DNA of 61,272 bases, from contig NC_068997.1 in NCBI RefSeq assembly GCF_001194135.2, forward strand, positions 12,871,036-12,932,307, read 5' to 3'. Shown piece by piece: positions 1 to 11,305 of the stretch; the first letter of the stretch is position 1; each line of letters opens with the position of its first letter. The translations under genes and the position numbers were made by a program. A model generated the notes under the pieces. The model was not told the DNA's origin and did not search any database. It was given only the letters and a program-made list of their open reading frames with translations. The DNA comes from Octopus bimaculoides (lineage: Eukaryota).

Positions 1-42
<42 letters not shown>

Positions 43-177
43 AAATATATATATATATATATATACGCATATTTTTTAATTCATATACATATATATATAT
101 ATATATGTATTTTTGTATTTTTGTTTATTTGTTAGTATTGTCTGTTTATGGAAGATCTTACAGCGTTAATTAGTATA

Positions 178-355
178 CTAGGGCACTCGTAGTTTCTTTC
201 TAATGGTTTTTACGCACTTTTCGCATTTCTGTTCATGCAGGCTAGACATTTCTCCAGAACGTACGATACACATTTCAAAACATATGTACAATGCGCCATC
301 ATCATCGACTACTTCATCATCATCATCATTATCGTCATCGTCACCAGCCTGTAAT
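178..355 (-). CDS. Candidate terminal coding exon: acidic tract + four-Cys basic C-terminus (LQAGDDDDNDDDDEVVDDDGALYICFEMCIVRSGEMSSLHEQKCEKCVKTIRKKLRVP*)
   Basis: Minus-strand acceptor tatgttcgctttttttcag ends at 356; the frame is open for 58 codons to TAG at 180-178. The acidic part overlaps a (GAT)n-like tract, so a chance origin is possible. Not in the ORF track because it has no start codon. Confidence 0.38.
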
Positions 356-769
356 CTGAAAAAAAGCGAACATACAGTTATGTATGTATATATATATATA
401 TGTTAAAATTTAGAACAAACAGTAAAAGGTATAGTACTCGGAGTTTCGAATGTCGGAGCGAAGAGTTATGATACATTCTCGTCGTCTATACTTTAAAACG
501 GTTTGTGATATAAACATAACGATGGAAATATTAGCAAGTACCTCATAGCCAATTGCATATTATATACACAAATACGCCAAACTTAACTCTGATATATTTT
601 ATTCTTGCGAGTAATGGACATAGAAAAGAAATAGTCAATTGGCTCAGCAACATGTTCCATTTTTGAAAATATATGTACTATAATGGCAACTTTTTACCGT
701 TTGTTCTAAATTATAACATATATAGATAATCTTCTGTTTATCAAATATCGAGGTCTCATTCTTTTGTTA

Positions 770-855
<86 letters not shown>

Positions 856-1049
856 TATATATTGGAATGCCTATAGGAATTCTGTTGGTGAAATTCTTTC
901 AATCATTCATTGTTATGTGCATTACAGTATGTATGAAAATCGCACTATGATTTAGAAGCAAAAGAATTTTTTTAACAAGCACTGATGTTGTAATAGATTG
1001 TATCAGAAAGGTCGCTATATACGTGCACACATACAACACAATCACTCAC

Positions 1050-1143
1050 ATGAATGCACAAGTACCCAGAAACACAGAGGCGAACAGATACGCACACAGA
1101 CACATATTGAAACACATATAGAAACTTACATATGCACACATAT
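1050..1143 (-). CDS. Candidate upstream exon encoding a hydrophobic, signal-peptide-like segment (MCAYVSFYMCFNMCLCAYLFASVFLGTCAF)
   Basis: Acceptor atcattttag (AG 1145-1144), ATG at 1141, donor CAT|gtgagt after 1050. The phase-2 end matches the phase-2 start of exon 355-178. The sequence is TG/TATG-rich and has a competing internal gtaagt. Confidence 0.18.
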
Positions 1144-1767
1144 CTAAAATGATATAATTACGCCTACAGAAATACACGAACGCGAAGGCTGCATTGTTCT
1201 GACAGTTGATTATTTGCAATAAAGTTGCCACTTAACGCAAATTGCATCACTACACGTTGTATTATCCTAGTCAGTAAAATACCACAGACACGCAAATACA
1301 TACTTGTACGCATACACACGCCTAGATATCTATTCAAAGACGTGCAACTGCACACCCAGACAGACATACACACACAATCACGCGCCTTAAACTTACAAAA
1401 TATATATAAAAAATCAAACCTGACAACTAAAATAAGTTTGTTGAAGCAATGGTCATTAAATTTGCAACTTCGTTCATCAGAAGTCAAATGCAAACCTGCA
1501 TTTGGACACATTGCTAGGAAATTGGCATATTTTGAAGCGAGGAAGGAGAGGACTGAGCTTTTGGTGCTTCTGAGAGGTAACAAGTAGAGGAATCTTATTA
1601 GAGTACAGCAACCAAAATACTACAATCGGTATGCAAAAGGTTACGCCTACAATATTCGTTTTTTTTTTGGGGGGGGGTCTGAATGAGATACATTTGTTTC
1701 TTTAAATCACAATAAACAACTTATTTACATATGTGGAACGTAATGTTATTATTTATATATGTATACA

Positions 1768-1836
<69 letters not shown>

Positions 1837-1904
1837 GTCTTTAAGTGCGTGTATGTTTGTATGTGTGTATGTGTGTGTGCTTGTCTTTGTACTTGTCTCC
1901 CAAC

Positions 1905-2100
1905 CGCTTAACAACTGGTATTGGAGTATTACGTCCCAGTAACTTAGCGGTTCGGTGTAAAAAAAAACCGATAGAATAAATACCAGGTTGAAAAAATTTA
2001 CAAACACTGGTGGGGAGGTCGATTCATTCGATTAAAAATTCTTAAAAGCGCTGCTCCAACATGGCCGTTGTCTAATGACGGAAAGATGTAAAATACTAAA
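1905..2100 (+). mobile_element. SINE family B/C, 3' half (5'-truncated, begins after a microsatellite)
   Basis: gtcccagtaacttagcggttcgg...gatagaataaatacc...gctgctccaacatggccg...aatgacggaaa matches the 3' half of the copy at 16243-16631. Confidence 0.75.
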
Positions 2101-2487
2101 AACAAATGCTAACTTCAGCATTTGTAATACTCCAGTATTACAAAATCTCACATCATCTAGAAACCTACCATCGACAAACGCAACCAACCAAACACGCCAT
2201 AAATATCTTCTCTACTCAGTATTACATCTTTGTTACTTCGCTATATTTATGTCCAATATCATTGGTCTTATTGTTGATGTACGGAACACTTAGCACAGAT
2301 TAAGAAAGCTTGATTTCAAGCGATGAAACAGATCTTAATGGTTTGTAGGTAAATTATTGTCAATCTCTTTAAAGCTGACAGTATTGATAACTTAATTCTA
2401 AGTAATTATGCAATGAGAAAAAAATTAATTATTATAACCAAACAGTACACAGTCTTGAACTTATAATTAGCGATATTTACATCATTG

Positions 2488-2760
2488 TGAAAGAGCGTGG
2501 CTTAAGGGTTAAGGTGTTACACTCACGACCGCAAGATTGTGGCTTCGGTTCCATACCAGCTGTGCGTTATGTTCTTGCGCAAAATACTTCATTTCACATT
2601 GCCACAGTCCACTCAGCTGTATGTAGGTAACACTGCAATGGACTGGACTCCCGTCCAGTGCCAGTGTTGACGTGCCTGCCTTGTCAGTGGGTTGGTATCA
2701 TTCGAAAGCTACAACGATGCGAGGGTGATCGTTGTGGCCACAGTGTGCGACGCCATTCGA
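2488..2760 (+). mobile_element. Degenerate tRNA-derived SINE (distinct family) with a tgcaatggactggactcccgtccag central motif
   Basis: tRNA-like head (gtggcttaagggttaaggtg...ttcggttcc); the central motif is shared with the SINE at 2945-3235. Confidence 0.6.
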
Positions 2761-2944
2761 TGTTCTGGTCAATACAGTGAAAGAGGGAAATCACTACGTC
2801 AGATATAGTTAGAAATAACTTCATTAGATATGATGAACTCACTCATTTCACTAGAAATACGAACGCCAGTTAAATAGAATTGAAACCTATTAAGTTGGAT
2901 TAGTTGCCGCAATATTTTAAATAATATTACCCATCAACTACGAG

Positions 2945-3235
2945 GTAGTGGAGGCACATGGCCTAGTGGCTAGAGCATCGGACTCCCGTTCGAGGGATTG
3001 CGGGTTCGAATCTCAGAGCGGGTGATGTGTGTGTTTATGAGCGAAAAACCTAAGCTCCACGCTACTCCTAGTAGAAGGTAATGGCGAACTTCTGCTGATT
3101 CTTTCGCCACAACTTTCTTTCACTCTTCCCTCCTGCATCTAGCAGCTCACCTGCGACGGACCGGCGTCCCATCCAGGTGGGCTATCTATACGCCAATGCA
3201 ACCCGGTATGGGACGAGAAGGAACAAATAACAACA
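2945..3235 (+). mobile_element. Full-length tRNA-derived SINE (family D) with 9-bp target-site duplication
   Basis: A box tggcctagtgg, B box ggttcgaatc, central ctgcgacggaccggcgtcccatccagg, A/C-rich tail. AACTACGAG occurs at 2936-2944 and 3236-3244. A second copy lies inverted at 54944-55225. Confidence 0.85.
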
Positions 3236-4415
3236 AACTACGAGATGAATCTTAGAGTTGTTAGAAGATCGGTTGGAATGTAGTGCGGTAATTTGTTTCA
3301 TTTTATTATATTTTGATTTCAAATACGATCCAGTTAAGCTTACCTGTAACTATTACGTGGTAAGTCAATTCTTATGTTAGCCTCTATCATTCTCTTGAAA
3401 ATTTGAATGGGTTGTAATATGAGAAGGGTTGTGTGGGTTCGATCACAGCTCTCTGCCCTTCAGAAAATGAGAATTTTTAATCGAGCGAGCTTGCAAAAAC
3501 TCGTCTTAAAGTCGTACATCCAGATTTTACGGTCTTTAAAGAGTTCTGTTCCAATTGGCACGAGACTACTTTGTGGATAATTTTGATCGGAAACATCTGG
3601 ATTATGTCTGAATTTTAAACGACAGAAATGGATGAAACTTTAAAACGTGGAAGACGAAGATCTCAACTGCAAGGAATTAGTTCTCTCCATGCCATGAGGG
3701 ATATAAGACCGCAACACAATATCTCCAACCAGCTCTGTTTTCTGCCATTGTTTTCATTTCGTTCCAGCTTCTCCAGCCTTCCAGTCTCCTTTGCTTAGCA
3801 ATGGTTTAACATGGTTCGCCATGTGGTTTTACAGCGCTCTACTGTCCCTTTGCCCTCAGGCTCCCAGTGAAAGAAATATGAACCTAAAATCTGAAATATC
3901 TGATGAGCAGCTAAGATTTTTGAACCGAAAGATGTTTCTAATAACTTTATTTACTTACAGCTTAGCATCTTGCTTGATTTCTATAACAAAATGCAGCATG
4001 AATAGTATTATTTTGAACTGAATACATGCATGCAATTGATTCAAATGAAAGTACAGATATAATACAACTGTATTATATTGGGGGAGACAAAATGAGGCCT
4101 CGAGTTCTTTGAATACAAACAAAAGAGATTGATAATAACATTATATTTACAGTTTAGCTAATAGAACAACAGAATTACAAACACACGTACATACATATTG
4201 AAATACACTTAGAAGCAGACACATACACTGATATAATATATAATTAGAATAAAAAAAATTACTTATCGACTTTAGAAGAACAAAACGTATTTATGCATAT
4301 AAATATAATATGCATGCTTATATATGTATGCATCACCACCCACCCCCTTTTCTATCTCTTCTCTCTCCTCTCTCTATTATATATACATATGTATATGTAT
4401 GTATGTATGTTTGTA

Positions 4416-4490
<75 letters not shown>

Positions 4491-4926
4491 CATATATATA
4501 ATATACATATATATGTTATATATATGTGTGTGTATATAAATACATACACTTATATACGCACGAACAAACACACACTCTCCCACATTATACCTCTCTGTCG
4601 ATCTCTCGTTCATTTCCTTTATTCATAAATTCCATCAGTCGTCTATTATTCTTACTTTCTATATTCATTCTCAACCTTATAATTTGTCTTTCTCTTTTAT
4701 TTTTTACTGTTCGCTTCCCGCGCATGTAATGTTGCGTTTTTGTTTTGAAATAAACTTTCTCTTCCATTTCATATAATATTCCTGTTCCTCCTTTGTTTTA
4801 AACAATCACTTTTCTGTAATTATCTACCCATCGATCTTTAAGGCACCCGTTTTCTCTTCCCCTTTCTCATTATACATGCCATGCGTGCATATATATATAT
4901 ATGTGTGTGTGTGTGTGTACGTGTAC

Positions 4927-5050
<124 letters not shown>

Positions 5051-5529
5051 CTATCTATCTACCTATATGTATATGTGTACACATATATGTATTATGTTAT
5101 GCATAAGTATATATTTGTATACAGTTATATATAGAATATACACTCAAACACACATACACATTTTAATTTGTATTATATATGCATTATACACACATATATT
5201 ATATGCATTATACATCCCCTTTTGTTTCTTTTTTCTTTACGCGTATATTTTTTTCATATTTCGGTTTATTCGAAAAAACTTTTCTATGCTTCGAAATTTC
5301 TTTTTTCTTTCAAACTTTGACTCTGTAGGGCAAATAACACTAGCGCTTTATCAGTTCCTTATGGTTTATGTCAAATAAGAAACGTTGAAATTAAAGAAAA
5401 TATTAACTTCTATAAAGGAAAAAAAAAATAAGCACAATCTAACAGAGCTTAAAAAATATGTTCTGCTTCGACAATAAGCAACACCGAAGACAACAACAAC
5501 AACGAAAACGACAGCAGCACAACCACCAC

Positions 5530-5955
5530 TATTCTTTTCTACTCTAAGCACAAGGCCCGAAATTTTTCGGGAGGAGGCCAGTTGATTAGATCGACCCCAG
5601 TACGTAACTGGTACTTAATTTATCGATCCCGAAAGGCAAAGTCAACCTCGGCGGAATTTGATCTCAGAACGTGTAGACGGACGAAATGCTGCTAAGTATT
5701 TCGCCCGGCGTGCTAATGTTTCTTATTTCTTTATTGCCCAGAAGGGGCTAAACATAGAGGGGACAAACAAGGACAGACAAAGGGGTTAAGTCGATTACAT
5801 CGACCTCAGTGCGTAACTGGTACTTAATTTATCGACCCCGAAAGATGAAAGGCAAAGTCGATCTCGGCGGAATTTGAACTCAGAACGTAAAGACAGACGA
5901 AATACCGCTAAGCATTTCACCCGGCGTGCTAATGTTTCTGCCAACTTGCCGCTTT
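5530..5955 (-). mobile_element. SINE family A head-to-tail dimer (tail-1 unit followed by a 5'-clipped tail-2 unit)
   Basis: Two consecutive copies of the body (ggcaaagtc...cggcggaatttga...cagaacgt...cccggcgtgctaa on the + strand); junction at about 5722/5723. Confidence 0.9.
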
Positions 5956-5989
5956 ACAACCATCACTATTATCACCATCAATAATAATG

Positions 5990-6190
5990 ACTTCAGCTTT
6001 TGGCACACAGACAGCAATTTCGCAGAAAGCGGGTATTTTAATTATATCAGCCTCTTTGCACAGCCGGTACTTACTTTAGCAAGACCGAAAGAACGAAAGT
6101 CGGTGAAATTTGAACGCAGAGCATAAAGACGAACGAAATATCCCCAAGAATTTTGTCCAAGGTGCTAACCATTCTGCCAGCTCACTGCCT
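5990..6190 (-). mobile_element. SINE family A, degenerate copy
   Basis: ttttggcacacag...ggtacttactt...aatttgaacgcagagc...gtgctaaccattctgccagctcactgcc. Confidence 0.7.
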
Positions 6191-6196
6191 CAATAA

Positions 6197-6227
<31 letters not shown>

Positions 6228-6228
6228 G

Positions 6229-6312
<84 letters not shown>

Positions 6313-6329
6313 TGTGTGTGTTTGTCCTC

Positions 6330-6402
6330 CTACAATTGCTTGACATACCATGTTGGTGTGTTTACATCCCTTTAACGTAGCGGTTCGGCCAAAGATTACC
6401 GT
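6330..6402 (+). mobile_element. SINE family B/C internal fragment following an (AT)n/(GT)n tract
   Basis: tttgtcctcc...gcttgaca...tgttggtgtgtttacatccc...tagcggttcggccaaag. Confidence 0.65.
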
Positions 6403-6682
6403 CTGTTAAAAAGGGAAAGTTATTTCAATGTAGTCCTAAAAATGGAATGATCGAGAGAAGAATGGGGTCATCCTGACAGGAATAAATTTGAACATAAATC
6501 CGCTGCTTGGTTATGAACAGAAAGGTTGACCTAGCCCTAAACATAGACAAGAACCACAAAAAACCCACAAGAATCAATTAATATAGATACGTAAGCCTGA
6601 TACCCAATGTGTAACGAAGACTCACAACAATGTTCATGCAGTCATGTTGCTGTAAACAGCAGGTAGACAAAGAAAAAAAAAA

Positions 6683-7060
6683 AAGGTGGCGAGTTGGCCG
6701 CATCGTTAGCACGCCGGGCGAAATGTCTAGCGGTATTTCGTCTGCCGCTACGTTCTGAGTTCAAATTCCGCCGAGGTCGACTTTGCCTTTCATCCTTGCG
6801 GGGTCGAAAAATTAAGTATCAGTTACGCACTGGAGTCGATGTTATCGACTTAATCCCTTTGTCTGTCCTTGTTTGTCCCCTCTATGTTTAGCTCCTTGTG
6901 GGCAATAAAGAAGTACGAATCGTTAGCACGCCCGGCGAAATGCTTAGCGGTATATCGTCTGCCGCTATGTTCTGAGTTCAAATTCCGCCGAGGTCGACTT
7001 TGCCTTTCATCCTTGCGGGGTCGAAAAATTAAGTATCAGTTACGCACTGGAGTCGATGTT
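6683..7060 (+). mobile_element. SINE family A dimer; second unit runs into an N gap
   Basis: Unit 1 spans 6683-6916 with tail-1 (tttgtctgtccttgtttgtcccctctatgtttag...gggcaataaagaa); unit 2 restarts at gaatcgttagcacg (6917). Confidence 0.9.
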
Positions 7061-7853
7061 NNNNNNNNNNNNNNNNNNNNNNNNNNNNNNNNNNNNNNNN
7101 NNNNNNNNNNNNNNNNNNNNNNNNNNNNNNNNNNNNNNNNNNNNNNNNNNNNNNNNNNNNNNNNNNNNNNNNNNNNNNNNNNNNNNNNNNNNNNNNNNNN
7201 NNNNNNNNNNNNNNNNNNNNNNNNNNNNNNNNNNNNNNNNNNNNNNNNNNNNNNNNNNNNNNNNNNNNNNNNNNNNNNNNNNNNNNNNNNNNNNNNNNNN
7301 NNNNNNNNNNNNNNNNNNNNNNNNNNNNNNNNNNNNNNNNNNNNNNNNNNNNNNNNNNNNNNNNNNNNNNNNNNNNNNNNNNNNNNNNNNNNNNNNNNNN
7401 NNNNNNNNNNNNNNNNNNNNNNNNNNNNNNNNNNNNNNNNNNNNNNNNNNNNNNNNNNNNNNNNNNNNNNNNNNNNNNNNNNNNNNNNNNNNNNNNNNNN
7501 NNNNNNNNNNNNNNNNNNNNNNNNNNNNNNNNNNNNNNNNNNNNNNNNNNNNNNNNNNNNNNNNNNNNNNNNNNNNNNNNNNNNNNNNNNNNNNNNNNNN
7601 NNNNNNNNNNNNNNNNNNNNNNNNNNNNNNNNNNNNNNNNNNNNNNNNNNNNNNNNNNNNNNNNNNNNNNNNNNNNNNNNNNNNNNNNNNNNNNNNNNNN
7701 NNNNNNNNNNNNNNNNNNNNNNNNNNNNNNNNNNNNNNNNNNNNNNNNNNNNNNNNNNNNNNNNNNNNNNNNNNNNNNNNNNNNNNNNNNNNNNNNNNNN
7801 NNNNNNNNNNNNNNNNNNNNNNNNNNNNNNNNNNNNNNNNNNNNNNNNNNNNN
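7061..7853. other. Assembly gap (N run)
   Basis: Run of N; other large gaps at 18001-18932, 22544-23286, 31372-31569 and 43201-43882. Confidence 1.
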
Positions 7854-8589
7854 TATATATACTAGTTTATTACGCAGTGGGCATAAGTGCTGCGTTACCA
7901 GAGGGAAATAATCATACTGATGGTCCCTTGGGCAATTTGCATGACAATATTTCGAATTACGAATTACAATTACATATATATATATGTGTGAGTGTGTGTG
8001 TGTGTGTGTGTGCAGGCACGTGTATATATATATATAGAAACATATATAAATCGTTGCTTTCATTTCTTCGTCTTCTCGTGTTTTTTTTCCCTTGCTTATA
8101 TCTTTTGTTCTTTTTTGGCAGTTCCTCTTTAGTATTTTTTCTTTCTATTTTCTATTTGTCTTTCATTCTAACCCTGCAGATACACTACAACCAGCTCCAG
8201 TAGTTCATTTAATATATTTATATTTAGAGATGGAATCCATAAATAATTTACAGAAAATATTAAACATCTACAGATGAATATGTATTTTGCTAGGAAAGTT
8301 TTAAGGCGTGGGAGTGGGGGGGGGCCTTGCAAGCAAGCAGGTAGATAGGGAGGGAAATAAAAACAATTCTCCCTGAAAATAAAACATTAGAATTTGTTTG
8401 CTTTGTTTCAGATTTTGTCATTTAATGTTGTTTATTATTTTATTTATTTTTTTATAATTATTATAAATGAATAAAATTCAATAAATACGAAGAGTTATAA
8501 TAGATAATGTATTTATGAATTTTAACAACGTTGGCAATTCTGGAGAATCTTACCTGACAGGACAAAAGCAAAACTTTCCTAATATGTAT

Positions 8590-8930
8590 GCATGTATATA
8601 TGTGTGTATGTATGTATGTATGTATGTATGTATGTATGTATGTATGTATGTATGTATTTGTATATACAAACATGTTTAAATGAATATGTGCGTATGTATA
8701 TATGTATGTATTTGTGTATCTATATATATATGTGTGTGTGTGTGTGCATGTATGTATATATATATATATGTGCGTGTGTGTGTGTGTGTCTGCGTGTGTG
8801 AGTGCATATATATATGCATATATATACATGCATGTATATATATATTTATATATGTATATATATATGCATGTACATATGTGTGTGTGGGTGTGTGGCGTGT
8901 GTGTGTGAGTGTGTGTGTGTGTGTGTGTAA
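8590..8930. repeat. Compound (TATG)n/(TG)n/(TA)n microsatellite
   Basis: Direct reading. Confidence 0.95.
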
Positions 8931-9331
8931 CAGAATGCGTTGATAGCAATTTAACGTTTTACAAACAGAATGGTAAAGAGTATTCTCGTTTGTCGAAGAT
9001 ATTTGTTGTCTTACGCAAATTTCTTTTTGCTTTACTTGAATATTAGCAAAAGGGACGAAAGCGTATGAATATTGAATGTAACTGGTAGATTGGTGCAATG
9101 AGGTCAAACATGGACAAGTGTTCTACGACAGTTTCGGCTTTTTTATATTGTGAGTTCTAAAATCACCGATGTCAGCTTCGCTTTTCACTTCTAATTCTTG
9201 AAAACAACGTACAATGAACTCAAAATTGTCACCTTGTGCCAGTTTTTGAAGGGGATAAGAAATATGAATAACCACATCACAGTTGCAAACATTTCATGAA
9301 ATAATTACTGAAATTCAAGTTAGATATGGTT

Positions 9332-9440
9332 TCACGATGCTTAAGATTTCACAGTACATAAGAATTCACTGTACATAAAGTTTTACGGTACTTAAAGTTT
9401 CAAGATACACAAGCTTTCGAACTACATAAATTGTCACGAG
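9332..9440 (+). repeat. Degenerate 17-bp minisatellite, about 6.4 units (consensus near TCAC.GTACATAAAGTT)
   Basis: Units start at 9332, 9349, 9366, 9383, 9400, 9417 and 9434. Confidence 0.8.
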
Positions 9441-9607
9441 ATGGCGATAACATTGCTGCTTTCTTTTTCAGATATCATATCCACTGTATAATCAGATCTT
9501 TTGGCGGAAGCGCTATATTACAGCTGAAGTAAAAACAATAATAATTTCACCAGTTCGGTGAATTAACCTCAATATTAAATGCAGTTGAATTATAACGCTA
9601 TTCTTTA

Positions 9608-9795
9608 AGCTGGCGAGCAGAAAGAATCTTTAGCACGTCGGACAAAATGATTAGCGGTATTTCGTCCGTCTTTGTGCTCTGATTACAAATTCTATCGAGG
9701 TCTGCTTTGCCTTAATTCCTTTCGGGGTCGATAAAATAAGTACCAGTCAATTACTGGGGTCGATGTAATCGACTATCCCCCTCTCCAGTCTTGCA
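9608..9795 (+). mobile_element. SINE family A (tail-2 type)
   Basis: ctggcgagc...ttagcacgtcggac...ggggtcgataaaataagtaccag...ggggtcgatgtaatcgactatcccc. Confidence 0.85.
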
Positions 9796-10040
9796 TATGC
9801 TCAGGTCCTGATGAATAATTCCCTGTACAATTGCCACAACTTCAAACTGTAAGCTTATTGTCTTAATAGACACACGACAGTCTTCATCTAAAAAATTGCA
9901 AATTTTCTCAACTAGCTCTGATGCACTGATGTCCCCATCCTCTCCATCACTTCTCATCCTTTCTCATCTCCCCCTTAACAAACCTCTAGCCTCTTGTACC
10001 AACGCAAAACAGATGCTCACTTCATACAAGTTAAATCTAT
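9790..10040 (-). pseudogene. Mariner (Tc1/mariner) transposase N-terminal HTH remnant
   Basis: Translation SVLRWYKR...ELVEKICNFLDEDCRVSIKTISLQFEVVAIVQGIIHQDLSICK follows the mariner pattern (VFEWHKRFKEGR...DRRVSIETIS.QF.V.V.TV..II...L...K), with frameshifts. Confidence 0.75.
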
Positions 10041-11005
10041 AAGTAATCTAGAATATTTCATAAGATTATCTAGCTTTTTACCTCGTTTAAAACACAAAAC
10101 GTTATGGCATAGTTAGCTTCCAACTTGTCTTCACGTCGCGACTAAACTCTGCAAACTAGTCTGTGGTGAGCGGTGTTTTGCCGGGTGTGTTCAAAGTATT
10201 GTTACAACGGTCTCCTTCGACCTGGTATAACAAATATCGACAGGTCAACTTATTAGAAGTATAGTTATGATATACTAAAATTACAACATTTTAGGACAGC
10301 TATAACTGCTTCTCTTAAAGTCTGAAAACTCCTGGAATGCACCTCGTATATGCATACATGAAATCAGCCACATACATACGCATTCACATATATCGTTCGA
10401 TCGATTGAAATCTGCAAGTTGGAAAGTAATGAGGTTTTAACTCCATATGATATAAAGTTGAGTTAACAATAGAAAATATTTTGAATATTTACGTTTACAA
10501 TACAAACGTAAAATTATTTGGTTTAATGCTATATTCAATTTAACATGCGTACAAGCATTGCTAAATATCTCATTAACCTTTTAGATAAGTATTTTCCAAA
10601 CTATAAATATAATATTTATAATAGAAACAATATAAAATATTTTTGCAGTTGTACACCTGATTTCGCTACAATATATAGCTAATATTAATAGCAAAAACAT
10701 TAAATAGATATCTGCATTTATTTCATACCGCTTCTACAATTGTTTAAACCCCGTAAATTTTGGAGTAAACATTTTATGTATTTCGAAATCGAGTTTACAA
10801 TGCAAAAGTATTTATAGTTAATCAGTTTTTAAGGATTATATTATTTTAAGGATTATATTAGGCTGACTAAAAATGGTTTATTCAATGGAAAGTGATGGTG
10901 TATTGAGAAAGCTGTACGTTGTTTTGACACAATGCTCTCGAGTCACATCGGGGCTTTAAGGAATTACAACGGCACGAACTATGAAATTATTTCGAATGGA
11001 TTAGA

Positions 11006-11305
11006 CAGGGGTTTTCAAACTTTTTGACTTGCAGACCCCTTTATATTTCAGGCTTTACCTTAGGGGACCCCCTTATAAACGCTTATGAAATTTATACATA
11101 AATATTTGCTTAAAATAACATATTTTTACATTTATTTATTTAACAGTATTTAACAAATAGGTTTATTGTCAATTAAAAAATTTCGATTAAGAAACATATA
11201 TAAAACCAAATTGCCCATAAAAAGTATTTGCTGTCCACGGACCCCCTGTCTTGTCCTTGCGGACCCCCTGTCTTGTCCTTGCGGACCACAGTTTGAAAAC
11301 CCCTG
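11006..11305. mobile_element. hAT (Charlie-like) MITE
   Basis: Perfect 16-bp TIRs caggggttttcaaact (11006-11021) and agtttgaaaacccctg (11290-11305); flanking direct repeat GATTAGA; internal 22-bp tandem duplication at 11238-11281. Confidence 0.9.

Noticed and set aside
1225-1587. Overlapping 120-aa (+) and 139-aa (-) ORFs and a possible 74-nt minus-strand exon near 1497-1570
   Set aside because: Half of the region is CA-rich filler, the donor (CAG|gtttgc) is weak, and no family is recognisable.
3344-3990. Additional minus-strand donors at 3344 (CAG|gtaagc) and about 3958 (CT|gtaagt) with possible small exons
   Set aside because: Acceptors are ambiguous and several alternative frames exist; they cannot be distinguished from background splice-like motifs without RNA data.
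7868-7980. Segment VGISAALPEGNNHTDGPLGNLHDNISNYELQLH after the gap
   Set aside because: Weak acceptor, and the only donor is inside a microsatellite; insufficient support.
10827-10860. 17-bp direct repeat ttttaaggattatatta x2
   Set aside because: Simple local slippage duplication in AT-rich DNA with no further structure.
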